Below the pieces are notes generated by a model that made no database searches, was not told where the DNA came from, and worked only from the letters and a program-made list of their open reading frames with translations. The translations under genes were made by a program, and so were the position numbers. A DNA stretch of 57,286 bases, taken from IMG/VR virus record IMGVR_UViG_3300046694_000616, one strand, 5' to 3'. The DNA comes from an uncultured virus (IMG/VR IMGVR_UViG_3300046694_000616) (lineage: Duplodnaviria; Heunggongvirae; Uroviricota; Caudoviricetes). Positions 19,493 through 28,823 of the stretch are shown piece by piece. Within the stretch, counting starts at the first letter, position 1; each line of letters begins with the position of its first letter.

Positions 19493-21214
19493 ATGAACGC
19501 ACCGTACGCAAATGCCGCTATCCCCGCCGTCCTCAAGAACGGCACGATTCCGATGAACCTGGCCGACTTCTACAAAACGGGCCACCCGGGCATGTATCCG
19601 GCGGAAACGAAGACCATCGCGGCTACGTTCACGCCGCGCGGCGACAAGTACGCGCCGGTGCGCCACTCGCCGTTCTACGACAAGAAGGTCGTGTGGCACG
19701 GCCTGAAGGGCTTCATCAAGGAATTCCTCATCGACAAGTTCAATGCGGACTTCTTCGCGATGTCGAAGGAGCAGGCGGTGCGCAAGTTCAAGCGTCGCGT
19801 GGACTCGTCGCTGGGCGCAGGCAAGGTCGCCATGACGCAGGTCGAAAAGCTGCACGACCTGGGCTACCTGCCGCTCGAAATCCGCTCGGTGCCCGAGGGC
19901 AGCCGCGTGAATATCAAAGTTCCCCCGGTCGTCTTCATCAATACGGACAATGCTTTCGCCTGGGTGTCGACCTACTTCGAGACGCTCTTCAGCACGGAAA
20001 TGTGGAAGCCGTCAACGGTTGCGACCATCGCATTCGAATTCCGCAAGGTGCTCACGTACTTCGCGAAGCTGACGGGCTCGCCCATCGACTTCGTCAACTG
20101 GCAAGGTCACGACTTCTCGATGCGCGGCATGAGCGGCGTGCACGACGCAGCCCGTAGCGGCAGCGGCCACCTTCTTTCGTTCTGGGGTACGGATACCATT
20201 CCGGCCATCGACTACATCGAAGACTACTACGGCGCGAACTCGGACGAAGAACTCATCGGCGGCTCGGTTCCGGCGACCGAACACAGCGTCATGACCCTGC
20301 GCATCCTGCTCGTCACGCAACGCCTGCGCCGCGACCCGGCTAACGCTGGCAAGGACGAGAAGGCACTGCGCAAGATGGCTGAATTTGAAGTCATCCGCGA
20401 ACTCATCGCCGAGCTGGTGCCTTCGGGCATCATCAGCATCGTCGCGGACAGCTTCGACTACTGGAACGTCATCACGGACATCCTGCCGAGCCTGAAGGAC
20501 GTCATCATGTCCCGCAAGCCGGATGAGCTGGGCAACGCGAAGGTCGTGGCCCGCCCGGACAGCGGTGACCCCATCAAGATTCTGACGGGTTACTTCGACA
20601 AGGAACTGGTGTGCGACGCAGAAGGTCAGCCGGTTTTCAGCGACGGCCGCTACACGGCGCTGGACGGCACGCGCATCACGGAAGCTGAGCGCAAGGGCTC
20701 GGTCGCATGCCTGTGGGATTCGTTCGGCGGCTCGGTTACGAGCACGGGCCACAAGCTGCTCGACCCGCACATCGGCCTCATCTACGGCGACTCGATTACG
20801 CTGGACCGCGCCATCGCCATCCTGTCCCGCCTGGCTGCAAAGGGTTTCGCATCGGGCAACGTCGTGTTTGGAATCGGGTCCTATACTTACCAGGTGATTT
20901 CGCGAGATTCGTTCGGTTGGGCCATGAAGGCGCAGTACGCCGAAGTCGGCGATGAAACGGTTGAAATCTACAAGGACCCGGCGACAGACGACGGCACGAA
21001 GAAGTCGGCCAAGGGCCTGCTGCGTGTCGAGAAGGAAGGTGACGACTTCGTGCTTTACGACCGTCAATCTCGCGAAGAATTCGACCGTGGCGCGCTGATG
21101 CCAGTTTTTCGCGATAGCGAATTGCTGGTCGATGAGAAGTGGAGCGTCATCCGCGAGCGCCTGCTGTCGTCGTGGGTCTGTCCGGAACCGGGTAGTGTCG
21201 AATTCGCGGTCTAA
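19493..21214 (+). CDS. Nicotinamide phosphoribosyltransferase-like protein (NadV/NAMPT; candidate Namat of NARP1)
   Basis: DFYKTGH, HDFSMRG, GTDT, VPATEHSV, RPDSGDP, IYGDSIT, GIGS, RDSFGWAMK, KKSAKG. Confidence 0.92.
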   Translation: MNAPYANAAIPAVLKNGTIPMNLADFYKTGHPGMYPAETKTIAATFTPRGDKYAPVRHSPFYDKKVVWHGLKGFIKEFLIDKFNADFFAMSKEQAVRKFKRRVDSSLGAGKVAMTQVEKLHDLGYLPLEIRSVPEGSRVNIKVPPVVFINTDNAFAWVSTYFETLFSTEMWKPSTVATIAFEFRKVLTYFAKLTGSPIDFVNWQGHDFSMRGMSGVHDAARSGSGHLLSFWGTDTIPAIDYIEDYYGANSDEELIGGSVPATEHSVMTLRILLVTQRLRRDPANAGKDEKALRKMAEFEVIRELIAELVPSGIISIVADSFDYWNVITDILPSLKDVIMSRKPDELGNAKVVARPDSGDPIKILTGYFDKELVCDAEGQPVFSDGRYTALDGTRITEAERKGSVACLWDSFGGSVTSTGHKLLDPHIGLIYGDSITLDRAIAILSRLAAKGFASGNVVFGIGSYTYQVISRDSFGWAMKAQYAEVGDETVEIYKDPATDDGTKKSAKGLLRVEKEGDDFVLYDRQSREEFDRGALMPVFRDSELLVDEKWSVIRERLLSSWVCPEPGSVEFAV

Positions 21215-21367
21215 GCTCCGTGGACTGAATAAGGCCGCCGTGTTGCCGCGGTGACCTTTAGGTCGGAAGCGTAAACCCGTGAAACGCTAATCGTCAGGTA
21301 CCAGTTCAAAGCACAAAGGACCTAAGCATCCTTCGTGCTTTTCACATTGTGCGATATAATACGCGGT

Positions 21368-22390
21368 ATGCCGACAGGTATCCAATCCACGAAGGACTCG
21401 TTTGTTAGTAGTGCCCGGTTGCGGCACGGGTTACGGTTTGACTATTCCCAGTTTGAACATGTCAACGCTAAGACTCCCTCGATTATCCTTTGCCCGGACC
21501 ATGGGCAGTTTATCCAGTCGCCAGATAAACATTTGCAGGCCAAGCATGCTTGCCCGAAGTGTTGGGCGGAAGAGCTGCGAACTCTGAGGGTAGGGAAGCC
21601 CTCCACCCATAAGCCCGCCACGGTTACCAGAGAAGACTATTTGCGTCGGTTTCAGGTCAAGCATGGCGACAAGTTTACCCTTGATTTCTCGGCCTACATC
21701 GGTCTCACCAAAGGGACTGTAACCCTCAAATGCCCTGACCACGGCGTTAGCACGTACATCCCGCAGGCGCTGCTCAGTAGTCGGTGCGCCTGTCGTAGTT
21801 GTGGGGAAGCACAGCGCGCTTCGAGCAAGACGCAGTCATACGACAGCTTCCTGTCGGCCGCCTATGCGAAACACGGCAGCAAATACACATATCCAGAGGA
21901 TAACGCTGCCCGGTATAAGAACAGAAAATCGTTGGTTAAGGTCGTGTGTCCAACGCACGGAGTTTTTACCAAGACGGCCCAGAAACACTTAGCGGGCCAG
22001 GGTTGCTGGCGGTGCCGCGTTGAAGCCCTTGTTGCTACCGGCAAACTGACCGGTTACAGCTTGAAATTTTTCGATGAAAATCCGGAAGCCGCGGAAGCCC
22101 CCGCGACCCTCTACTACTTGAAGGTTGGTTCGGCTTACAAGGTTGGAATCACCACCAACCTCTGCAATCGGCTAAAGAGCATTAAATCGCTCTCAGGCAA
22201 GGAAGTCGAACTTCTCGATTGCGAAGAGCGGACCTTGAAGCAAGCCTACGAAAAGGAGCAGGCTATTCTTGAGCAGCACAAGGAGCATCGCACGTACCGC
22301 AGATGGTCAACTGAGGTGTTTTCGCAAGATGTGTTGAACGGAAGCCTCCCTGGACGGTGCTCAAGGCTGCTACGTGCTGACGCTGCTTGA
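21368..22390 (+). CDS. Free-standing homing-endonuclease-like protein (three CPxHG zinc-finger repeats + GIY-YIG/T5orf172-like C-terminus)
   Basis: Repeats HG..(Y/F)..CPDHG..CxxC; LYYLKV..YKVGIT..R; lower GC; TATAAT 21355-21360 just before ATG. Confidence 0.72.
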   Translation: MPTGIQSTKDSFVSSARLRHGLRFDYSQFEHVNAKTPSIILCPDHGQFIQSPDKHLQAKHACPKCWAEELRTLRVGKPSTHKPATVTREDYLRRFQVKHGDKFTLDFSAYIGLTKGTVTLKCPDHGVSTYIPQALLSSRCACRSCGEAQRASSKTQSYDSFLSAAYAKHGSKYTYPEDNAARYKNRKSLVKVVCPTHGVFTKTAQKHLAGQGCWRCRVEALVATGKLTGYSLKFFDENPEAAEAPATLYYLKVGSAYKVGITTNLCNRLKSIKSLSGKEVELLDCEERTLKQAYEKEQAILEQHKEHRTYRRWSTEVFSQDVLNGSLPGRCSRLLRADAA

Positions 22391-22430
22391 CCGTGCCTTC
22401 GATAACTCTCTTCGACTATGGTTAAAGGAT

Positions 22431-22507
22431 AAGTGGTCGGTCATCCGCGAACGCCTGCGGTCGTCGTGGGTACGCCCGGAGAAGACACCGTGGAGTTTGC
22501 TGTCTGA
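22431..22507 (+). pseudogene. Displaced duplicate of the 3' end of the NAMPT-like gene
   Basis: Encodes KWSVIRERLRSSWVRPE, then VEFAV* after a frameshift, versus KWSVIRERLLSSWVCPEPGSVEFAV* at 21137-21214. Confidence 0.85.
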
Positions 22508-22562
22508 CCTGAAACGCTCACAACAGACGCCCCCGCCCTGCGGGAGCGTTGCATTCCTGTTA

Positions 22563-24374
22563 TCACGTCATGGGATATTCCCACGGGTCATAGACAACTA
22601 GCGCAGCCCGCACCTCGTCCTGCATGCCAAGGAAATGGGCAGTGAGCTTTTCTCTGCGCCTTTCAATGTCAGACTTTTTTGTGGCGGCCTTTCGTGGAAT
22701 TTTCCGTTCCGACAGGGCAAGAAGCGGGTTGGCGAGCCGAGCATTTTCCGGCCTATCGCCTTCAATTGGAAAGACCAGTGCGAACGGCTTAGGCACGGTC
22801 AGATTTAGCCGGCTTTCGTCTACACTGGCAAATTGCACAAGCGACCACCCAATTGATTCGTTTTCAGGGTCGAGGGCATCAGTGAAGAGGTTCAAAAGAG
22901 CAGGCGCCCAGTCTTTTCCCCGTATTTCATGTATCAATTGCAGATTTACGACTGCATAACCCATTTCTGTTGGGTCTTTGCATTCGTCGAGATATTCAGA
23001 CAGGGTGTCATAGCCCGCAGAGCGCGCGAAGTCCCGGTTCATCACCTTCCAGACATCATTCATCATCGCAGAATGCGAGTCGAGCGCGTCACGCATTAGT
23101 CCATTTGAAGCTGAAAACTCTTCGGTGCCCACGCAGTCGACGAATACACCGGAGCAGAGCCCAATGGCCTTGTTCACGCCCTGTTTCTGAAGGTCCGCCA
23201 TGAAGCAGGCCTGATATTCCATCATTCGAATATTAGTCTGGCCGTCATCCCCCGCGAATTCCTTTGATTCTCCATTTTCAATGAGCGTCACGACCACCTT
23301 GACCTGGTGGCCCTTGATTTCAGCCTCGTGAATATAGATTGCCATTTCGCCGGGGTCATCATCTGGTTGGATGTCGAACGGCTCACGATGTCGAAAGGTA
23401 AACTCCGGCCACTGCTGAAGAAGGGTTGCGACGTCCGGAATATGCGCCAACAAGGGATGGTCTCCGGGCCGACCCGATGAAAGGGCCGCGAGCGCGTCAT
23501 CAAGCTCGTCATACCAGTCATCGGTCTCATCTTCAGGTTGGAGTGCGAAAGCCGCCTCGAGCTCCGGAAAGGATTTCCGAAGTTCTTCTTCGTTTTCCCA
23601 AAGAAACTCAGCGAAACTTGATGGAAGGTAAAAGTCAACGAGCCGAGCTAGCCAGGGATGCGGCTCTTGTGTCGTTACCAGTCCGAGTTCTGACATCGGA
23701 TTGACATAGAGCGCGTGGGCATACCGCCGTCGGAAATCCGCGATGTGCTCCAGCGGATTAATGGTGTGTATCCGGCCATGATTCACGTCGGAGCTTAGTT
23801 TGACCAGTGAGCCTTCATCGAAGGACAGGTCGTCAGCAAACTGCTGAAGCTGACTAAGCTGACCACGAAGGAGCCGCCAGGCGGCGACTGGATAGGGTGT
23901 CGGCCGGCCTGTTTCTTGGGCGGTTTCGACGTCAGTTACTGCCGCAAGGGCTTCCTTGAAGGATGCCCGGTGTTCATATGGTGGCGTGAACAGCCCCGAG
24001 CCGCAAAGCGCATACAGTCGGACCAGATGATTATCCGGTTCGGCCATTGCCGAGGCGGCCAGCCTGACCATTCTGGCATCACGGGAGGCAAGTCCTGGGT
24101 CCAAACATTCCCGTAAAAGCTTTGGAAAATGTTCTTGGTACTCGGGCATCGGCTCTTCATAGGGGCCCGGTGCACCGGAATGTTTGAGGGCTTGAGCTAG
24201 CTCATGCGCATCCGCGTGATAGTAGATTCTCGCAAGAAGTTGTTGCGCGGCCTGAACGGGCAGCTGCAACAACTTCGCCACATCCTTGGCATAACTGGAA
24301 AAGACTTCTTTGGATTCAGGGCGGAATGGGTGTGAGACGGGTGGAAGCGACTCGCGTTGACGGGTACGGGCCAT
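22563..24374 (-). CDS. Hypothetical protein with N-terminal helical (glyoxalase-superfamily-like) motif
   Basis: 603-aa acidic ORF, GAGGAG RBS; AKDVAKLL..AQQLLARIYYHADAHEL motif. Confidence 0.7.
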   Translation of the reverse strand: MARTRQRESLPPVSHPFRPESKEVFSSYAKDVAKLLQLPVQAAQQLLARIYYHADAHELAQALKHSGAPGPYEEPMPEYQEHFPKLLRECLDPGLASRDARMVRLAASAMAEPDNHLVRLYALCGSGLFTPPYEHRASFKEALAAVTDVETAQETGRPTPYPVAAWRLLRGQLSQLQQFADDLSFDEGSLVKLSSDVNHGRIHTINPLEHIADFRRRYAHALYVNPMSELGLVTTQEPHPWLARLVDFYLPSSFAEFLWENEEELRKSFPELEAAFALQPEDETDDWYDELDDALAALSSGRPGDHPLLAHIPDVATLLQQWPEFTFRHREPFDIQPDDDPGEMAIYIHEAEIKGHQVKVVVTLIENGESKEFAGDDGQTNIRMMEYQACFMADLQKQGVNKAIGLCSGVFVDCVGTEEFSASNGLMRDALDSHSAMMNDVWKVMNRDFARSAGYDTLSEYLDECKDPTEMGYAVVNLQLIHEIRGKDWAPALLNLFTDALDPENESIGWSLVQFASVDESRLNLTVPKPFALVFPIEGDRPENARLANPLLALSERKIPRKAATKKSDIERRREKLTAHFLGMQDEVRAALVVYDPWEYPMT

Positions 24375-24786
24375 GACGGCTCCTCAGATTCAGCGCGCTC
24401 GCCACAACTGTTGAGTCCTCATCCCATTCCGCGGCTCCGGATTACCGGCGAGCGGGATGACTCGTCAACGGCAAGCACGCTATATCGGTTGGAACACGGG
24501 CCGAAACACGCTTGTCGTACTTTGGTGGTCCCTGGGGTTCTGAACTCCAGCCGCTAACTGGCTGTCCGGTGCCAACGGCTGCCACCCGCCGTTAGTGGAA
24601 GCGTACCAATTTGGCCAGCGCGGTGCAACACCTGATGAGGCCCAAAGGTGATGTTGATGCGCTGCAGCCTGCTCTCGCCGAGCGTGGATTGGCAAGGCCA
24701 TAACCTGAAGAGGCGATAGAATAAGATTTAATCGCAACTTACGACAAAGAGTGGTATACTGTTGAAACAGTATACGAGAGGTTTCC

Positions 24787-25461
24787 ATGCAATACGAACG
24801 CCCAGATTTGTTTGTTGACATCGTCTTGATGACGATGATTGACGGCCGCCTTCAGGTGGCGCTGTATCCGCGCGAGAAAGAGCCCGATGCAGGGAAATGG
24901 TGTCTGGTGGGCGGTCAAATCCACACCAACGAGGATGCCGACATCACCGCGGCCGCGTTGCGCACGCTTCACACAAAGCTCGACTTCGAGCCTCGCTACA
25001 TCGAGCAGGTTGCGACGGAAGGCGGTGCGACGCGAGACCCGCGCCGCTGGTCGGCCACTGTTGTGCATCTCGCGCTGAATTCGCCCGAGGTTCTGGCGGA
25101 GCTGGTGGAGAGCCGGGGCATGAAGCTCTTTGACGTCGAGGATGACGGTGCGCACCTGCCCGCGGACATGGCGCTGGACCACCGAAAGCTAACCATGATG
25201 GCGGTCGAGCGTTTGCGCAACAAGGCAGCGTATTCGACGATTGTGGCGCACTTTCTGCCCGAAGAATTTCCTTTGAACGACCTGCGGCTGGTCTATGAAG
25301 CCGTTCGCCAGAAGGCGTGCAACGCGGCGAACTTCCGCACGAAAATCATGAAGGAAAATGTGCTGGACGAGCTGGACAGCACGCTGTTCAGCGGCGGTCG
25401 CCCGGCGTCGGCCTTCCGGCTCAAGCAGAACATTGCCTACTTTGCCCGCGAGCTTTACTGA
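24787..25461 (+). CDS. nrtR: NrtR-like regulator (Nudix domain + winged HTH)
   Basis: VDIV..W.LVGG degenerate Nudix box, RDPR, ALDH, RLRNKAAYS, FLPEEF, NFRTKI, GRPA. Confidence 0.85.
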   Translation: MQYERPDLFVDIVLMTMIDGRLQVALYPREKEPDAGKWCLVGGQIHTNEDADITAAALRTLHTKLDFEPRYIEQVATEGGATRDPRRWSATVVHLALNSPEVLAELVESRGMKLFDVEDDGAHLPADMALDHRKLTMMAVERLRNKAAYSTIVAHFLPEEFPLNDLRLVYEAVRQKACNAANFRTKIMKENVLDELDSTLFSGGRPASAFRLKQNIAYFARELY

Positions 25462-25486
25462 GCCGCGCCAGCGTAGGAGACTTGAA

Positions 25487-25710
25487 ATGCACCGGAGCGA
25501 GCAACAGGACCGGCCTTCGCCCAGCTATTGGGCGATTATGAGCGTTATACGGCAAACCCCGCAGTACCGTTTTGTCGCCAGTGAGTTTCGGCTCGCCGAG
25601 CGCGCATGACGTCGGCGGGCATGCTGGAGCGCAGGGGCGACCGCCGGTATGCGGTCACAGCGTACGGACAGCGGTGCTTCAGCACCAACAAGGTGCTGGC
25701 ATCTCGATAG
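25487..25710 (+). pseudogene. Small wHTH-like ORF split by a possible 2-nt slip at GCGCGC (or two coupled mini-ORFs)
   Basis: AGGAGA RBS; removing 2 nt at 25601-25605 joins FRLAER to MTSAGMLERRGDRRYAVTAYG. Confidence 0.35.
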
Positions 25711-25746
25711 GCGGCCCACGACGGCCGCGGATGCATCGAAGGAACA

Positions 25747-26766
25747 ATGATGAAAAAAGAAACACTCGATACCGCCATCCGGGTCGGCCAGCTCATCAAG
25801 CTGCTCACGCCCTTGGGCAACTCTTCAAAGCCGTTTGGCAAGCGCCTGGCCAAGCTGCGCTCCGGCCTCGATGAGCAGGTTGTGCTCGCGGTGCTTGCTG
25901 GCGAAACGGAGCAGGGCGTTCGCGCGCCGGCGGTCATCGCCGAGCTCGACACCGCGCTGCGAAACTCGATGGCGCAGATGCTCAATGTCAAGGCGCTGCT
26001 GACTCCGGATTCACCGCATCGCGTCTACTCGACAGCGAAGAAGGCCCGCGCGTCTGACGTGCGCGACGTGCTGAACGCGGCAGAAGCCGTGACGCGCGAA
26101 AGCACGCAGAAAATGAAGCTCGACCAGACCCAGCGCGCGCTCGTCCTCCACGCGTTCACCAGTGCGGTGCGAAACACGAACTGGCTGTCGCCGCTCATGC
26201 ATCTCGGGCTGGACATCGGTGCGGCCACGATTGAAAACACAAATCTCGTCCGCGTGAACGGTAGCCAGCAGGGGCGGGAAAAGCTGGAGACGACGCTGCT
26301 CAAGCTGTGCCCGACCTACATGGATGGCGCTGGGCCGGCACCGCGCCGCCGCAAGACTGCGACCTCGCGTACTCGCGCGCCTGTAGTGAAGGCTGGAGGT
26401 CTGTTCGTCACCCAGGTGGTGATGAACGCAGATGCGCTGCTGCGCCAACCTGACATCGCGGCGCTCGCAGGCACGTCGTTTCTGAGCACTGAATCGCAGC
26501 CGAGCCTAGCCAACCTGCTCAAGAAAGCAGCGACGCCGGTCGTGGTCGGTCCCGATGAAACGCCGGACGTAGTCGCCCAACGCATCGTCAACGACCTGAT
26601 AAAGGGTCTCGTGGCCCGCAACAAGGCCATCGAGGCGGAAAAGGTCGCACTGCGCGAGAAGGCCGAAGCTACCGCACAGGCGTCGGCGGTCGACGCGCTC
26701 AAGCAACTCGACCCGAAAGTGCTCAAGCTGCTCAAGAGCAATCCGGACCTGCTCAAGAGCGTCTAA
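25747..26766 (+). CDS. Hypothetical protein
   Basis: 339-aa ORF, AAGGA RBS, strong GC3 bias. Confidence 0.8.
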   Translation: MMKKETLDTAIRVGQLIKLLTPLGNSSKPFGKRLAKLRSGLDEQVVLAVLAGETEQGVRAPAVIAELDTALRNSMAQMLNVKALLTPDSPHRVYSTAKKARASDVRDVLNAAEAVTRESTQKMKLDQTQRALVLHAFTSAVRNTNWLSPLMHLGLDIGAATIENTNLVRVNGSQQGREKLETTLLKLCPTYMDGAGPAPRRRKTATSRTRAPVVKAGGLFVTQVVMNADALLRQPDIAALAGTSFLSTESQPSLANLLKKAATPVVVGPDETPDVVAQRIVNDLIKGLVARNKAIEAEKVALREKAEATAQASAVDALKQLDPKVLKLLKSNPDLLKSV

Positions 26767-26793
26767 ACCGAATCGCATTCGTACCGGATTCTT

Positions 26794-27234
26794 GTGGCAA
26801 ACACCAAGCAGGTAAGCGTCGCCCATCAGCGCATCGTTGACCGGTTCCTCGAGGAGCGCGGCGACAAGCCGTTTCGCCGGCAGGACGTCGCCGAGACGCT
26901 GTATCCGCACATCCGCCCGCGTGCGATGGGCAACGCGACGGCGCTCGCCGACACATTCATGCAGCAGATGCAGCGCGCTGGCCGCCTGGTGAAGGCAGGC
27001 CACGTGCACTGGCGCCTGGTCGTGCCGACTGAGCGCACGCTCAAGAGCGGCCGTCAGGTTCGCGAGCATGCCGATGCGCAAGCCCTGACCTTGACGACGC
27101 GATGCCCGCAGAAGTGGGTGGCCCTGGACCTCGAGACCGGTGACGTGTGGGCCGGCAGCGATGACGGCTGGAAGCGCGCGACGGACGCGGTGAGCCGGGA
27201 GGCGGTCGCCATCCTGGGAAAAGCAGTATCTTAG
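26794..27234 (+). CDS. Hypothetical protein
   Basis: 146-aa ORF in operon. Confidence 0.7.
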   Translation: MANTKQVSVAHQRIVDRFLEERGDKPFRRQDVAETLYPHIRPRAMGNATALADTFMQQMQRAGRLVKAGHVHWRLVVPTERTLKSGRQVREHADAQALTLTTRCPQKWVALDLETGDVWAGSDDGWKRATDAVSREAVAILGKAVS

Positions 27235-27237
27235 GCC

Positions 27238-27657
27238 ATGAAGCATATCCGCTTTCTGCCACGCACGGTCGCCGCGGCCTACCGCCCTGAGCCCGGCGCG
27301 GTGCTCATCTCGGTTCACGACCGCAGTGAACCGCCCCTCACTCCGCAGGAGGGGTGGGCCGATGTGCTCGTGCATCGCTTTCACGACACGGATGGCGACC
27401 TCATGGGCCTGGAGGTGTTCAGCGAGGCACAGGCGCGCGAGCTGCTCGCGTTCGTTGAACGTCATCAGGACTGCCCCGAGCTGGTCGTCCATTGCTCACT
27501 CGGCCAAAGCCGGTCCGCGGCCATTGCAATCTATCTTTCCGAGAAATACGATGTGCCTTGCTTCAAGGAACAGGTGCAGGTGACATGGGAGACGTGGAAG
27601 CTTTACAACCGCCTGGTGTACCGCAGGCTTCACAACGCCGACCTGGCGAGGTCATGA
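27238..27657 (+). CDS. Cys-dependent protein-tyrosine/dual-specificity phosphatase-like protein
   Basis: FHD acid loop and VHCSLGQSRS (CX5R). Confidence 0.82.
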   Translation: MKHIRFLPRTVAAAYRPEPGAVLISVHDRSEPPLTPQEGWADVLVHRFHDTDGDLMGLEVFSEAQARELLAFVERHQDCPELVVHCSLGQSRSAAIAIYLSEKYDVPCFKEQVQVTWETWKLYNRLVYRRLHNADLARS

Positions 27658-28376
27658 GCCACCTCGACCTCTCGTTCGACGGGCATTTCGCACAACGAGC
27701 GTCACTTCCCTGGTGGCCTTGGGTGGGCAGCCAGTATGTGTCATCGCGCACAAGGACGCTGGTGCTCGGTGAAAGCGTCTACGACTGGAGCGACACTCCG
27801 CGCGAACGTGAGCTTTTCCAGGCGCGCTATGCCGCGCGGGATGGGCTTCGCCATACGCACACAAACCACGCGATGGACTTTCGACGCGATACGCCTTACG
27901 TGCGCAACGTTGAGCGCGCAGTCTATTCGACCTCGAAGCCAGGCGATGCGATGAAGCAAGCATTCTGGACATCTGTGGTCTACCACAACCTCGTGCTCGA
28001 GCCGTTGGCGTCGTTGGACGTACGACCGTCGCTGCGGCAATTTCAGGCGGGCTGGGCTGAAGCCCTGGACCTGTGCAACCTGCTGGATGTTCGTCAGGTG
28101 CTTGTATATGGCGTAGGGTCGGTGCCGGCACTGAAGCTGGAGGCCAAGGCGCGTGGCCTGGATTGCCGCATTCGCAAACTTCGCCCGCAGCTCAACAGGT
28201 GCTACCCGCGGGTGGGCACGCTCACGCTTGGCGGGTCACACATCCAGCTGCTGTTCATCCGGCATCCCAGCACCTTCTTCAGCTGGGAAAATTGGAGCGC
28301 GATTATCGGAGCGCATCTTTCTCTGGGTGAGCTTAAGGATGCCTGCCGGGCTATACCGTTCAGGCAATCAACCTGA
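27654..28376 (+). CDS. Uracil-DNA glycosylase superfamily-like protein
   Basis: PWVG..Y..LVLGES N-terminal motif, YHN, C-terminal HPS motif; ATGA overlap with upstream gene. Confidence 0.6.
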   Translation: MSHLDLSFDGHFAQRASLPWWPWVGSQYVSSRTRTLVLGESVYDWSDTPRERELFQARYAARDGLRHTHTNHAMDFRRDTPYVRNVERAVYSTSKPGDAMKQAFWTSVVYHNLVLEPLASLDVRPSLRQFQAGWAEALDLCNLLDVRQVLVYGVGSVPALKLEAKARGLDCRIRKLRPQLNRCYPRVGTLTLGGSHIQLLFIRHPSTFFSWENWSAIIGAHLSLGELKDACRAIPFRQST

Positions 28377-28387
28377 AGAGGAACAAC

Positions 28388-28675
28388 ATGGCCCGCACCA
28401 AGGTAACGCGTGACGCGCATGGGCTTTACGTTCGCACGGACGGCAAGCTGTACAGGCCTGTCAGTACCATCGACGCCTATCCACTCTCGCGCGCCGCCAA
28501 TGTGCGCAGCGACGGTACGAGCGCTTTCACAGAGGGCAGCCAGGTACAGGCTCGGCATCTCAGCGGCACGCCGTTCTGTGTCGTGAAGGATGGTGCTGGC
28601 GCCGAAGAGCACTGGCACAGCCATGGCATGTATCTGGGCGTCAAATCCACCGACTGCTGGCAGCCGGTGACGTAA
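28388..28675 (+). CDS. Hypothetical protein
   Basis: GAGG RBS, 95 aa. Confidence 0.65.
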   Translation: MARTKVTRDAHGLYVRTDGKLYRPVSTIDAYPLSRAANVRSDGTSAFTEGSQVQARHLSGTPFCVVKDGAGAEEHWHSHGMYLGVKSTDCWQPVT

Positions 28676-28823
28676 ACGCACGACTCCGTGGTCTCAGGCC
28701 GGTTTCTCGATAGAGCGACCGGCTTTCTTACGCGGTCCGGCAGTAGACTAATCGCGTTTTCACGCTATACTAAAGGCGCAGCAACCGGCTGCGCTTATGC
28801 ATTTCAGCGTGAGATAAATTGCG

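Noticed and set aside
21215..21334. Possible ribozyme or intron between the NAMPT-like gene and the endonuclease
   Set aside because: Some pairing (ttaggtc/gacctaa) but no complete hammerhead core (CUGANGA) or group I/II signatures, and the upstream gene is already complete
22374..22601. 75-aa ORF as a real gene
   Set aside because: Explained by the displaced NAMPT 3' remnant; no RBS and it overlaps both neighbours
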